A DNA stretch of 64,000 bases, taken from assembly GCA_044220955.1 (NCBI GenBank), contig JBGAQA010000028.1, positions 13,013-77,012 of the forward strand. The letters are read 5' to 3'. This document shows positions 9,653-18,918 of the stretch, piece by piece; the stretch's first letter is position 1, and each line of letters begins with the position of its first letter. The notes under the pieces were generated by a model that saw nothing but the letters and a program-made list of their open reading frames with translations, was not told the origin of the DNA and did no database searches. The stretch comes from Sandaracinaceae bacterium. Lineage in GTDB: Bacteria; Myxococcota_A; Polyangia; Polyangiales; Sandaracinaceae. Both the position numbers and the translations under genes were made by a program.

Positions 9653-10312
9653 ATCGTCAATCCGCGTTTCGATCCTCGTGGTGCCCGCCCTGGTGCCTTC
9701 ACTGGTCCCCGCACGAACCACCGCATCCGCGTGCCGGAAGTGCGTGTGATCGGCGCGGAGGGCGAGATGCTCGGCGTCCTCGCGACCCACGAGGCGCTCC
9801 GCCTCGCGCGCGAGAAGGAGCTCGACCTGGTCGAGGTCAACCCGAAGGCCGTGCCTCCCGTCTGCAAGATCATGGACTACGGGAAGTACAAGTACGAGGA
9901 GAAGAAGCGCGAGAACGAGGCGAAGAAGCGCCAGCTCACGACCGAGCTCAAGGAAGTGAAGCTGCGTCCGAAGACGGACGACCACGACCTCGAGGTCAAG
10001 CTCCGCCACATCCGCCGCTTCCTCGAGGAGGGCGACAAGGTGAAGGTCACCTGCCGCTTCCGCGGTCGCGAGATCACGCACCCCGAGACGGCCGAGCGGC
10101 AGCTCGTGCACTTCCTCGACAACACCAAGGACATCGCCGTCATCGAGCAGGGTGCCCGCATGGAGGCCAAGACCATGACGATCCTGCTCGCGCCCAAGCC
10201 CGAGGTCCGCGCGCGGGCGGTCGCGCTCGTCGCGAAGCGCGCCGAGGAAGGCAAGGCGCCCGAGCCGCCGCCGGACGACGACGACGACGACGACGACGAG
10301 GACGACGATTGA
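9653..10312 (+). CDS. infC: Translation initiation factor IF-3, probable non-canonical AUC start
   Basis: LDLVEVNPKAVPPVCKIMDYGKYKYE, LKEVKLRPK, FRGREITH; in-frame ATC at 9653 lies 7 nt after AGGAGGA; follows thrS. Confidence 0.95.
   Translation: MVNPRFDPRGARPGAFTGPRTNHRIRVPEVRVIGAEGEMLGVLATHEALRLAREKELDLVEVNPKAVPPVCKIMDYGKYKYEEKKRENEAKKRQLTTELKEVKLRPKTDDHDLEVKLRHIRRFLEEGDKVKVTCRFRGREITHPETAERQLVHFLDNTKDIAVIEQGARMEAKTMTILLAPKPEVRARAVALVAKRAEEGKAPEPPPDDDDDDDDEDDD
10274..10309 (+). repeat. (GAC)n tract encoding the acidic IF3 tail
   Basis: GAC x8, GAG, GAC, GAC, GAT = DDDDDDDDEDDD. Confidence 0.9.
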
Positions 10313-11064
10313 GCGACGAGGCCGCCAAGCGCGAGGCCCCGGGCCTGCCCGACATCGACGTCCGGGAGTGGGGTGGCAAGAAGGACGGCGAGCGTCAGGT
10401 TCTCGACCGTCGCCTGTTCATGCAGCTGCTCGTGTTCGACGTGGACCGCGGCGCTGCGTTCGGCAAGGCTCAGGACCAGCTGGTCCACGCGCTCGGCGCC
10501 GCTGGCGTCGCGCACGTCGTGTACGAGGACGCGAACGCGACGCGCGGGATCGGCGTGCTGACCTGGTCCGAGGACCCCGCGACGTTCGTCGCGAAGGTCC
10601 ACCCGGCGCTCCGCGAGCTGCCGATGACGCAGCGCGAGGGCTGGGCGATGCTCGGGCGCACCTACGCGCTCGGCCACGAGCCGGAGCTCGAGCACGCGAT
10701 CCTGCGCCGATCGGTGGAGTACGTGCTCGCAGCCGAGTGGGGCTGGCACGTGTGGTACCCGCTGCGTCGCAACGGCGCCTTCGAGCGCCTCGAGAAGCAC
10801 CAGCAATCCGTCATCTTGCGCGAGCACGCAGCGATCGGGATGGCGTACGGACGCACGGGTCTCGCGCACGACGTGCGGCTCGCGTGTCACGGTCTGGACG
10901 CGGGCGACAACGAGTTCGTCATCGGTCTGATCGGCAAGGATCTGCACCCGCTCTCGCACATCGTGCAGACGATGCGGCACACCGAGCAGACCTCGCAGTA
11001 CATCGCGAAGATGGGCCCCTTCTTCGTGGGCCGCGTGGTGCATCGCGCCGGAGCCGCGAGATGA
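10309..11064 (+). CDS. Chlorite dismutase/HemQ-family heme protein
   Basis: WYPLRR, REHAAIGMAY, RLACHGLD..DNEFVIGL, MR.TEQTSQY..KMGPFFVG; TTG start overlaps the infC stop. Confidence 0.8.
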   Translation: MSDEAAKREAPGLPDIDVREWGGKKDGERQVLDRRLFMQLLVFDVDRGAAFGKAQDQLVHALGAAGVAHVVYEDANATRGIGVLTWSEDPATFVAKVHPALRELPMTQREGWAMLGRTYALGHEPELEHAILRRSVEYVLAAEWGWHVWYPLRRNGAFERLEKHQQSVILREHAAIGMAYGRTGLAHDVRLACHGLDAGDNEFVIGLIGKDLHPLSHIVQTMRHTEQTSQYIAKMGPFFVGRVVHRAGAAR

Positions 11065-11468
11065 CCGTCTTCTCCAAGATCCTCGACGGCGAGATCCCTT
11101 GCCACCGCGTGTACGAGGACGAGCACGTGCTCGCCTTCCTCGACGTCGGGCCGCTGAGCGAGGGGCACACACTGGTGATCCCGAAGGAGCGGAAGGCATT
11201 CCTGCACGAGCTCTCGGACGAGCAGGCCGCCGCGCTCGGCCGCGTGCTCCCGCGAATCGCGCGCGCCGTGATGAGCGCGACGGGCGCGACGCAGTACAAC
11301 GTGCTGCAGAACAACGGGCCGCTCGCGCACCAGGCCGTGTTCCACGTGCACTTCCACATCATCCCGCGCCAGGGCGAGAGCGGGCTCGGCCTGAGCTGGA
11401 AGCCCGGGAAGCTGGACGGGGCGGTGGGCGCGGCCCTCGCCGCCGAGATCGCCGCGGCGCTGGCGTAG
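11061..11468 (+). CDS. HIT family nucleotide hydrolase
   Basis: MTVFSKILDGEIPCHRVYEDE, GHTLVIPK and the histidine triad HVHFHII. Confidence 0.95.
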   Translation: MTVFSKILDGEIPCHRVYEDEHVLAFLDVGPLSEGHTLVIPKERKAFLHELSDEQAAALGRVLPRIARAVMSATGATQYNVLQNNGPLAHQAVFHVHFHIIPRQGESGLGLSWKPGKLDGAVGAALAAEIAAALA

Positions 11469-11531
11469 GCCCGCTTCGCCGGTGAACGTCGGCGTCGACG
11501 CCTCCGATTTCCGCGATACGCTCGCCGCCGC

Positions 11532-12575
11532 ATGAGCGGAGTCACCTACAAGCAGTCCGGCGTGGACGTCGAGGCCGGCGACGCGCTGGTCGAGCGCATC
11601 AAGCCCCTCGCCGCGCGGACGCGCATCCCCGAGATGCTCGGCGGCGTGGGCGGTTTCGCCGGGCTCTGCGGCCTGCCCGCCGGGATGAAGGAGCCGATCC
11701 TCGTCTCGGGCACCGACGGCGTCGGGACCAAGCTCAAGATCGCCTTCCTCGCCGACCGGCACGACACCGTCGGGATCGACCTCGTGGCGATGTGCGTGAA
11801 CGACGTGATCACGTGCGGTGCGCGCCCGCTCTTCTTTCTCGACTACTTCGCGACCGGCGCGCTCGACGTGGGCCGAGCCGAGAAGGTCATCGCGGGGATC
11901 GCCAAGGGCTGCGAGGACGCTGGCTGCGCGCTGCTCGGCGGGGAGACGGCCGAGATGCCTGGGATGTACGCGGCGGGCGAGTACGACCTGGCCGGGTTCT
12001 CGGTCGGCGTCGTCGATCGCGCGGACATCGTCGACGGCACGAAGGTCCGGCCGGGCGATGCCGTGATCGGTGTCGCGTCGAGCGGGCTGCACTCGAACGG
12101 CTACTCGCTGGTGCGAAAGGTGCTGCTCGAGAGAGCCGGCCTCGCGCTCGACGCCCGTCCCGCCGGTCTCGGGGAGCCGCTCGCCGACGCACTGCTGCGC
12201 CCGACGCGGATCTACGCCCGCGCCGTGCGGGCGCTGCTCGCGGCCGTCGAGGTCCGAGCCCTGAGCCACATCACCGGCGGCGGACTGCCCGGCAACGTGC
12301 CGCGCGTGCTACCCGACGGAATGGGCGTCGCGGTGGATCCGAAGACCTGGAGCGTCCCGCCGATCTTCGCCCTCGTCGCCGAGCACGGCGACGTCTCGCT
12401 CGACGAGATGCGCCTCGCGTTCAACATGGGGCTCGGGCTCGTGGCCGTGGTTCCCGCGGTCGCGGCGAAAGAGGCCTGCGAGGTGCTCGCGCGCGCGGGC
12501 GAGGAGGCCGCGGTCGTCGGCCGCGTGATCGAGACGCCGGGCGCCGCATTCGAGGCGCGCGTCGTCTTCGGCTGA
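11532..12575 (+). CDS. purM: Phosphoribosylformylglycinamidine cyclo-ligase (AIR synthetase)
   Basis: YKQSGVD, TDGVGTK, DLVAMCVND, GGETAEMPG, SSGLHSNGYSL, HITGGG. Confidence 0.98.
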   Translation: MSGVTYKQSGVDVEAGDALVERIKPLAARTRIPEMLGGVGGFAGLCGLPAGMKEPILVSGTDGVGTKLKIAFLADRHDTVGIDLVAMCVNDVITCGARPLFFLDYFATGALDVGRAEKVIAGIAKGCEDAGCALLGGETAEMPGMYAAGEYDLAGFSVGVVDRADIVDGTKVRPGDAVIGVASSGLHSNGYSLVRKVLLERAGLALDARPAGLGEPLADALLRPTRIYARAVRALLAAVEVRALSHITGGGLPGNVPRVLPDGMGVAVDPKTWSVPPIFALVAEHGDVSLDEMRLAFNMGLGLVAVVPAVAAKEACEVLARAGEEAAVVGRVIETPGAAFEARVVFG

Positions 12576-14119
12576 TGTTTCGAACGCACTACGACGCGAT
12601 CGTGGTGGGCGGCGGCCTCGGCGGCCTCGTCGGCGCCGCGCTCCTCGCCAAGCGCGGGTTCCGGGTGCTCGCGCTCGGTCATGAAGACCACGCGCCGAGC
12701 TACGAGATCGTCACGCCCGACCAAGGCTCGCTCGAGCTCCCGCGCGCCCCCTTCAACTTCCTCGCTGCGCGCTCCCCGATCGCCCGCCGCATCTTCGCGG
12801 AGCTGGCGATCCACCAGCCCTTCCGGCGCGTGGCCGAGAGCTTCGACCCGGCGTTCCAGGTCGCCCTGCCCGGTCATCGCTTCGAGATGGCGATCGACCG
12901 CAGCGCCCTCGCCCGCGAGATCGAGCGCGAGTTCCCCGAGGTGCGCCGACCGATCGACGACCTCACGGCGCGCCTCGCTCGCGAGATGGAGGCGATCGAC
13001 GCCGCGCTCACGAACGACCTCGTGCTGCCTCCCGACACGTTCTTCGAGCGTCGCGAGGTCTCGGGCGCCATCTCGCACCTCGCTCCGCTCGAGGGCACGG
13101 ACCTGCTGGCGGCCTTGCCCGAGGCGCACCCGTTCCGGCTCTGCGCCCACGCACCGCTTCGCTTCGCCGACGCGATGGATCCGGATCTGACCCACGGCGT
13201 GCGCTTCGTGCGCGCGCTCGGCGCGTGGTCCACCGGGGGCGCCGGGCTGACGGGTGGGCTCGCGGCGCTGCGGAAGATCGTGCTCGACTCGTTCCGCTCC
13301 CACGGCGGCGAGCTGCGGGAGCGCGAGAAGATCGACCAGATCCTCGTCGAGCGGAGCGCCGTCAGCGGCGTGCGGCTCGCCGCGTCGGGCGAGGACGTCG
13401 GCGCGACGCACGTGATCCTCGGCGGGAACGTCGCTCAGTACGTCCGCATGCTCCCCGATCGCCGTCCCTTCGAGTCGCTCTTCGAGAGCGCGGGCGAGCC
13501 GGTCGTGCGCTACTACCGGTTCACGATGAACGTGCTCGTCGCGCAGGCCGGCCTGCCGATGGGCCTGGCGCGCGATCTCTTCGTGGTGCGCGATCCAGAC
13601 CGCCCGCTCGCGGGCGCGAACCTGCTCCACGTGGAGGTCGCGCCCCCCTCCGCCGCGCCGCGACGGCTGCTCACGGTGGAGGCGCTGCTCCCGCGCCGCG
13701 GCGTCGAGGACACTCCGGGCTACCTCGACACGATTCGCGAGGATCTGCTCGCCACCCTCGGCGAGTTCGTCCCTTTCCTCGGTGAGCACGCCGAGCTGGT
13801 CGACTCCCCTCACGACGGGCGGCCGGCGCAGGACGTGAAGCGGGGCGAGGTCATCGACCCGCCGGCGAAGTGGGCACGGGGGCCGAGCTCGATGGAGGTC
13901 GTCCACGGCTTCCCCATCACGAGCACGCTCGGGATCGCCGCGCTGCCGATCCGGACACCCCTCAAGAGCCTCCTGCTCCTCGGCGAGCAGAACGTTCCAG
14001 GCCTCGGCATCGAAGGCACACTCGCCGCGGCGTGGGCGGTCGCGCGGATCGTCTCGCGCTCCGATCCGCGGTCGGGCATCTTTCGGCGTGGCCTCTTCGG
14101 GGGCTTCGGGTCCCGCTGA
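12575..14119 (+). CDS. Phytoene desaturase-like FAD-dependent oxidoreductase
   Basis: ATG overlaps the purM stop; dinucleotide-binding YDAIVVGGGLGGLVGAALLAKRG; C-terminal LLLGEQNVPGLGIEG. Confidence 0.75.
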   Translation: MFRTHYDAIVVGGGLGGLVGAALLAKRGFRVLALGHEDHAPSYEIVTPDQGSLELPRAPFNFLAARSPIARRIFAELAIHQPFRRVAESFDPAFQVALPGHRFEMAIDRSALAREIEREFPEVRRPIDDLTARLAREMEAIDAALTNDLVLPPDTFFERREVSGAISHLAPLEGTDLLAALPEAHPFRLCAHAPLRFADAMDPDLTHGVRFVRALGAWSTGGAGLTGGLAALRKIVLDSFRSHGGELREREKIDQILVERSAVSGVRLAASGEDVGATHVILGGNVAQYVRMLPDRRPFESLFESAGEPVVRYYRFTMNVLVAQAGLPMGLARDLFVVRDPDRPLAGANLLHVEVAPPSAAPRRLLTVEALLPRRGVEDTPGYLDTIREDLLATLGEFVPFLGEHAELVDSPHDGRPAQDVKRGEVIDPPAKWARGPSSMEVVHGFPITSTLGIAALPIRTPLKSLLLLGEQNVPGLGIEGTLAAAWAVARIVSRSDPRSGIFRRGLFGGFGSR

Positions 14120-14134
14120 GTCGAGAGGAGCGAG

Positions 14135-15859
14135 GTGGTGATGGCTGCGAGCAATGGGGGTCCGGCGAGGCCGAGCGCGACGGCGATGACGCGCGAGGCG
14201 ATGTGGAAGCGGCTCGAGGCGGCCGCCGACGTGGACCTGCTCGTGATCGGCGGCGGCATCGTCGGCGCCGGGGTCGCGCGGGACGCGGCGCGGCGGGGCC
14301 TCTCGGTCGCCGTGGTCGAGATGGACGACCTCGCCTCCGGCACCAGCTCGCGCTCGAGCAAGCTGGTCCACGGCGGGCTGCGCTACCTCGAGCAGTACGA
14401 GATCGGCCTCGTGTTCGAGTCGGTGAGCGAGCGGCGCATCCTGATGGACCTCGCGCCGCACCTCGTCAACCCGCTGGCGTTCCTCTTCCCCGTCTATCAG
14501 GGGAGCCGCCACAACCTGCTCATGATCCGCGCCGGCATGTGGCTCTACGACGGGCTCTCGCTCTTCCGATCGCCGCAGCGCCACCGGCAGCTCAGCGGCA
14601 AGGACGTGATGAGCGAGGAGCCCGCGCTCAAGAGCGAGGGGCTCAAGGGCGCGCCGCTCTACTACGACTGCTCGACCGACGACGCGCGCCTCACGCTCGA
14701 GAACGCCATCGACGCGGCACGCCACGGGGCCATCGTCGCGACCTACGCCAAGGTCGAGGCGCTGACGGCCGGCAAGGGCGAGCGCCTGCGCGGCGCGACG
14801 ATCCGAGACGTCCTCGGCGGGCGGCGCAAGGAGCTGCGCGCGCGCGCGATCGTCAACGCCACGGGCCCGTGGACCGACGCGACGGTCGCCCTCGCACGAG
14901 CCGAGGGCGCGGCCCCGGGGCCGATGTTGCGACCGACCAAGGGTGTTCACGTCGTCGTCGACCGCGAGCGGCTGCCCGTGAACCACGCGGTCGTCTGCTA
15001 CCACCCGGACGACGGCCGGGTGCTCTTCGCGATCCCATGGGGCGACCGCACGTACGTCGGCACGACGGACACGGACTACGCGGGGGACCCGGCGGACGTG
15101 GCCGCGACGCACGACGACGTCCGCTACCTGCTGCGCGCGACGAGCGCGTACTTCCCCGCGCAGAACGTCGTGGAGGCCGACGTGATCTCCACGTGGGCAG
15201 GCCTGCGCCCGCTGATCGCGGAGACGGGCGTGAAGGAGAGCCAGGTGAGCCGAGAGCACCACATCGCGATCGGGCAGGACGGCCTGATCACGATCGCCGG
15301 CGGCAAGCTCACCACCTACCGCCGCATGTCGGCGGAGATCGTCGACACGGTCGTCCGGGTGCTGGAGATGACGCGCGAGCTCAAGAAGGAGCTCGCGCCG
15401 GCTCGCACCGACAAGGACCCGCTGCCTGGAGGCGAGGGCTGGCCCGAGGACGACGACCACGCGAAGGTCGCCACGCGAGTGCTCGAGGCGTCGCGCGGCG
15501 CCTTCGACGACCCGACCGCGCTCGCGCTCGCGGGCCACTACGGGATGCGCGCACTCGCGCTGGCCGAGCGTGCGGCATCCGACCCGCATGCCGCCGCCCG
15601 CATCGTCGAGGGACGCCCCGAGCGCTTCGTCCAGGTCGACTTCGCGGTCGACGAGGAGCTCGCGACCACGCTGATCGACGTTCTGCTGCGCCGCACGCAG
15701 ATCTTTCTCCGCGACCACGACCAGGGCCTGGGCGCGGCGCGCGCCGTGGCGGACCGCATGGCGGCGCGGCTCGGATGGGACGCCGAGCGCACGGCGACCG
15801 AGATCGCGCGCTACGAGGCCGAGGTGGCGCGCTCCCGCCGCTGGCGCGGCGAGCCCTGA
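14135..15859 (+). CDS. glpD: FAD-dependent glycerol-3-phosphate dehydrogenase
   Basis: VIGGGIVGAGVARDAA, GTSSRSSKLVHGGLRYLE, VNATGPW, GTTDT, AGLRPL, GGKLTTYR; exact start uncertain. Confidence 0.93.
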   Translation: MVMAASNGGPARPSATAMTREAMWKRLEAAADVDLLVIGGGIVGAGVARDAARRGLSVAVVEMDDLASGTSSRSSKLVHGGLRYLEQYEIGLVFESVSERRILMDLAPHLVNPLAFLFPVYQGSRHNLLMIRAGMWLYDGLSLFRSPQRHRQLSGKDVMSEEPALKSEGLKGAPLYYDCSTDDARLTLENAIDAARHGAIVATYAKVEALTAGKGERLRGATIRDVLGGRRKELRARAIVNATGPWTDATVALARAEGAAPGPMLRPTKGVHVVVDRERLPVNHAVVCYHPDDGRVLFAIPWGDRTYVGTTDTDYAGDPADVAATHDDVRYLLRATSAYFPAQNVVEADVISTWAGLRPLIAETGVKESQVSREHHIAIGQDGLITIAGGKLTTYRRMSAEIVDTVVRVLEMTRELKKELAPARTDKDPLPGGEGWPEDDDHAKVATRVLEASRGAFDDPTALALAGHYGMRALALAERAASDPHAAARIVEGRPERFVQVDFAVDEELATTLIDVLLRRTQIFLRDHDQGLGAARAVADRMAARLGWDAERTATEIARYEAEVARSRRWRGEP

Positions 15860-15869
15860 TCGCGCTCGC

Positions 15870-16283
15870 TCAGCTCCCCTTGGCGGCGACGAGCGGGGTC
15901 GGCATTCGCTCGAGCCGCGCACGGACGTCGGCGACCAGGCGCGCCCGATCCATCGCCCGGCCATCCGCCGCCAGGAGGCCCTCGCCGTGCGCGTCGAACT
16001 GCGCGCGGTACACGCCCTGGTCGTGAAACGCGCGACGGTCCGTGCTCGGGACGCCCTCGACGAAGATCGCGATCGTCGGAGGGAAGTCACGGGCCAGCCG
16101 CGCGAGGAACTTGAGATCGATCGCGGGGCTCCGCGTGTCCACGAGGATCGCGACGCGGCGGCTCTCGTCGAGCGCCATGAGCAGATCGGCGACGTCGCGC
16201 GCGACCACGGCGTCCGCCTCCCCTTCCCCTTCGAGCGTGACGTCGCGGGAGCAGACGACGACGCGGATCGCCGCGTCGACCAC
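15870..16283 (-). CDS. Hypothetical protein resembling a degenerate receiver (REC) domain
   Basis: RVVVCSRD...VARDVADLLMALD...AILVDTRSPAIDL...FPPTIAIFV matches REC beta/alpha spacing; start uncertain. Confidence 0.55.
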   Translation of the reverse strand: MVDAAIRVVVCSRDVTLEGEGEADAVVARDVADLLMALDESRRVAILVDTRSPAIDLKFLARLARDFPPTIAIFVEGVPSTDRRAFHDQGVYRAQFDAHGEGLLAADGRAMDRARLVADVRARLERMPTPLVAAKGS

Positions 16284-16460
16284 CCCGCTACCCGGAGGCA
16301 GCGTCTCGTCAGGCTTCCGCACACCCCGATCCGATGCACCCACCGTGCCGCGCCTCCCTTGCCAGATTCCGAAGCGATTCCAGGCGCCCGATCCAGGCAC
16401 GCGAGAACCGCCCTCGCGGCGCCCTTGCCCCCGCGCAGCGCCGGGTTTCAAGCGTGCAAG

Positions 16461-17609
16461 TCAGCCGCGGCGCGTCCCACCGGAGTAGCCAGGCCCCGAG
16501 GGAACCACCGGCGAGCGCCCGTCCAGCATCATCTGCAGCTCGTTCGGGTCGCTCGAGTAGGCCATCGCGTCCTCGAGCGAGATCAGGCGCTTCTGATAGA
16601 GGGAGTAGAGCGACTGGTTCATCGTCTGCATCCCGCTCTTTCCCTGTCCGATCTGGATCTGGGAGTAGATCTGATGGACCTTGTCCTCGCGGATCAGGTT
16701 CCGGATCGCCGCGTTGGGCACCATCACCTCGAGCGCCACGACGCGGCCGGGCCCATCGGCCCGCGGCAGCAGCAGCTGCGTCATCACGCCCTGGAGCACG
16801 AACGAGAGCTGTGCGCGGATCTGCGCCTGTTGGCCGGCGGGGAACACGTCGATCATGCGGTTGATCGACGAGATCGCGCTGTTGGTGTGGAGCGTGCCGA
16901 AGACGAGGTGGCCCGTCTCGCTGATCGTGAGCGCTGCCTCGATGGTCTCGAGGTCGCGCATCTCGCCGACGAGCACGACGTCCGGATCCTGGCGCAGGAC
17001 GTACTTCAGGGCCTCCTTGAAGCCCTTCGTGTCGGCGCCGACCTCGCGCTGGTTCACCACGCAGAGCTTGCTGTGGTGCTCGTACTCGATCGGGTCCTCG
17101 ATCGTCATGATGTGCATGCGCTGCTCGCGGTTGATCTTGTCGATCATCGACGCGAGCGTGGTGGACTTGCCCGAGCCCGTCGGACCGGTGACCAGCACCA
17201 GGCCCCGCGGCAGCGATGACAGGTCGCTCACGACCTGGGGCAGCCCGAGCTCCTCGAAGGTCATGATGCGGTGCGGGATCGCGCGGAAAGCCGCGGCGAC
17301 GGCGCCGCGCTGCATGAACACGTTGCCGCGGAAGCGCGAGAGCCCGCGCAGGCCGAACGAGAAGTCGAGCTCCTGGGTCTTCTCGAACTTCACCTTCTGG
17401 TCGTCGGAGATCGCCGAGTAGACGAGCTGCTTGGTGTCCTCGGGCCGGAGCGGGGGCATCTTCAGGGGCACCAGGCTCCCGTCGATGCGGAACTGCGGCG
17501 GGGTGCCCTTGGTGAGGTGCAGATCGGACGCGCCGCGCTCGATCATGGCGCGCAGGAGCTGGACGAGGGTGACCTGGAGGGGGCCCTGGTGGTCGGCGGC
17601 GTCGGTCAT
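16461..17609 (-). CDS. pilT: Type IV pilus retraction ATPase PilT
   Basis: GPTGSGKSTT, TIEDPIE, QREVG, LRQDPD, GEMRDLET, TGHLVFGTLHT and the AIRNLIRE motif. Confidence 0.96.
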   Translation of the reverse strand: MTDAADHQGPLQVTLVQLLRAMIERGASDLHLTKGTPPQFRIDGSLVPLKMPPLRPEDTKQLVYSAISDDQKVKFEKTQELDFSFGLRGLSRFRGNVFMQRGAVAAAFRAIPHRIMTFEELGLPQVVSDLSSLPRGLVLVTGPTGSGKSTTLASMIDKINREQRMHIMTIEDPIEYEHHSKLCVVNQREVGADTKGFKEALKYVLRQDPDVVLVGEMRDLETIEAALTISETGHLVFGTLHTNSAISSINRMIDVFPAGQQAQIRAQLSFVLQGVMTQLLLPRADGPGRVVALEVMVPNAAIRNLIREDKVHQIYSQIQIGQGKSGMQTMNQSLYSLYQKRLISLEDAMAYSSDPNELQMMLDGRSPVVPSGPGYSGGTRRG

Positions 17610-17656
17610 GCGACGTCCATGATAGCGGCCAACGTGAAAGGATTCGTCCGCTCATT

Positions 17657-17686
17657 TTGACCCCCCGGGGCCCGGGCCTGTAGTCT
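17657..17686 (+). promoter_or_regulatory. Putative sigma70 promoter of pilC
   Basis: TTGACC (17657-17662), 18-bp spacer, TAGTCT (17681-17686). Confidence 0.5.
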
Positions 17687-17697
17687 TCGAAGAGGTC

Positions 17698-18918
17698 ATG
17701 GCACAGGCGCAGGAGTGGATCTGGGAGGCGAAGGCGCGCACCGGCGAGGTGCGCAAGGGCGTCATGGAGGCCGACTCCGAGGCGACCGTCCAGACGCGCC
17801 TCAAGGCTCAGAACCTGACCCCGACCAAGGTCAAGAAGAAGCCGGCCGAGCTCAACATCAGCTTCGGCTCGCCCGTGTCCGAGGTGGAGCTGGTCGTCTT
17901 CATCCGCCAGTTCGCCACGATGATCGACGCCGGCCTTCCGCTCGTGCAGTGCCTCGACATCCTCTCGAGCCAGGGCGACAACAAGGCGTTCAACCGCATC
18001 CTCAAGGACATCAAGAGCAACGTCGAGCAGGGCTCCACGTTCTCGGAGTCGCTGCGCAAGCACCCCAAGGTCTTCGACGAGCTCTTCGTGAACCTCGTGG
18101 CGGCCGGCGAGCTGGGCGGCATCCTCGACACGATCCTGCAGCGCCTCGCGGTCTACATCGAGAAGCGTGTGAAGCTGAAGCGGCAGGTCCGCTCGGCGCT
18201 CGTCTACCCCACGGCGGTCGGCCTCATCGCGGTCGGCGTGCTCTCCATCTTGCTGACGTTCGTCATCCCGAGCTTCCAGGCGATGTTCGCCGACTTCGGG
18301 GGAGAGGACGAGCTGCCCGGGCCGACGCGGCTCGTCATCGCCCTCTCCGAGGGCTTCATCCACTACCTGCCGTTCACGATCCTGAGCATCATCGTCGGCG
18401 CTGCCGGGTTCTCCTACAGCTACCGCCAGCCGCGCGGGAAGGAGTTCTGGCACCGCCTGCTCCTGACGCTCCCGGTCCTCGGGCAGGTCATGCGGAAGAT
18501 CGCCGTCGCGCGCTTCACGCGCACCCTCGGCACGCTCCTCACGTCGGGCGTGCCGATCCTCGACGCGCTCGAGATCGTCGCCAAGGCCTCGGGCAACGTC
18601 GTCATCGAGAAGGGCATCCAGGCGACCGCCGCGAAGATCCGCGAGGGCCGGACGATGGCCGAGCCCCTGATGGAGACGAAGGTCTTTCCGCCGATGGTCG
18701 TGCAGATGATCGGCGTGGGCGAGCAGACCGGCGCGCTCGATCAGATGCTCAACAAGATCGCCGACTTCTACGAGGAAGAGGTGGACGTCGCCGTCGCCGG
18801 GCTCACCTCGCTGCTCGAGCCGATCATGATGGTCGTCATCGGCGGCATGGTCGGCTTCATGCTGATCGCGATGTACATGCCGATCTTCTCGATCGCCGGC
18901 AAGGTGAAGGCCGATTGA
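17698..18918 (+). CDS. pilC: Type IV pilus inner-membrane platform protein PilC (GspF family)
   Basis: RQFATMIDAGLPLVQCL, AGELGGILD, GEQTGALD.ML, AMYMPIF. Confidence 0.96.
   Translation: MAQAQEWIWEAKARTGEVRKGVMEADSEATVQTRLKAQNLTPTKVKKKPAELNISFGSPVSEVELVVFIRQFATMIDAGLPLVQCLDILSSQGDNKAFNRILKDIKSNVEQGSTFSESLRKHPKVFDELFVNLVAAGELGGILDTILQRLAVYIEKRVKLKRQVRSALVYPTAVGLIAVGVLSILLTFVIPSFQAMFADFGGEDELPGPTRLVIALSEGFIHYLPFTILSIIVGAAGFSYSYRQPRGKEFWHRLLLTLPVLGQVMRKIAVARFTRTLGTLLTSGVPILDALEIVAKASGNVVIEKGIQATAAKIREGRTMAEPLMETKVFPPMVVQMIGVGEQTGALDQMLNKIADFYEEEVDVAVAGLTSLLEPIMMVVIGGMVGFMLIAMYMPIFSIAGKVKAD

Noticed and set aside
11338..11351. parS-like TGTTCCACGTGCAC
   Set aside because: Imperfect, single, and explained by the codons of the HIT motif VFHVH
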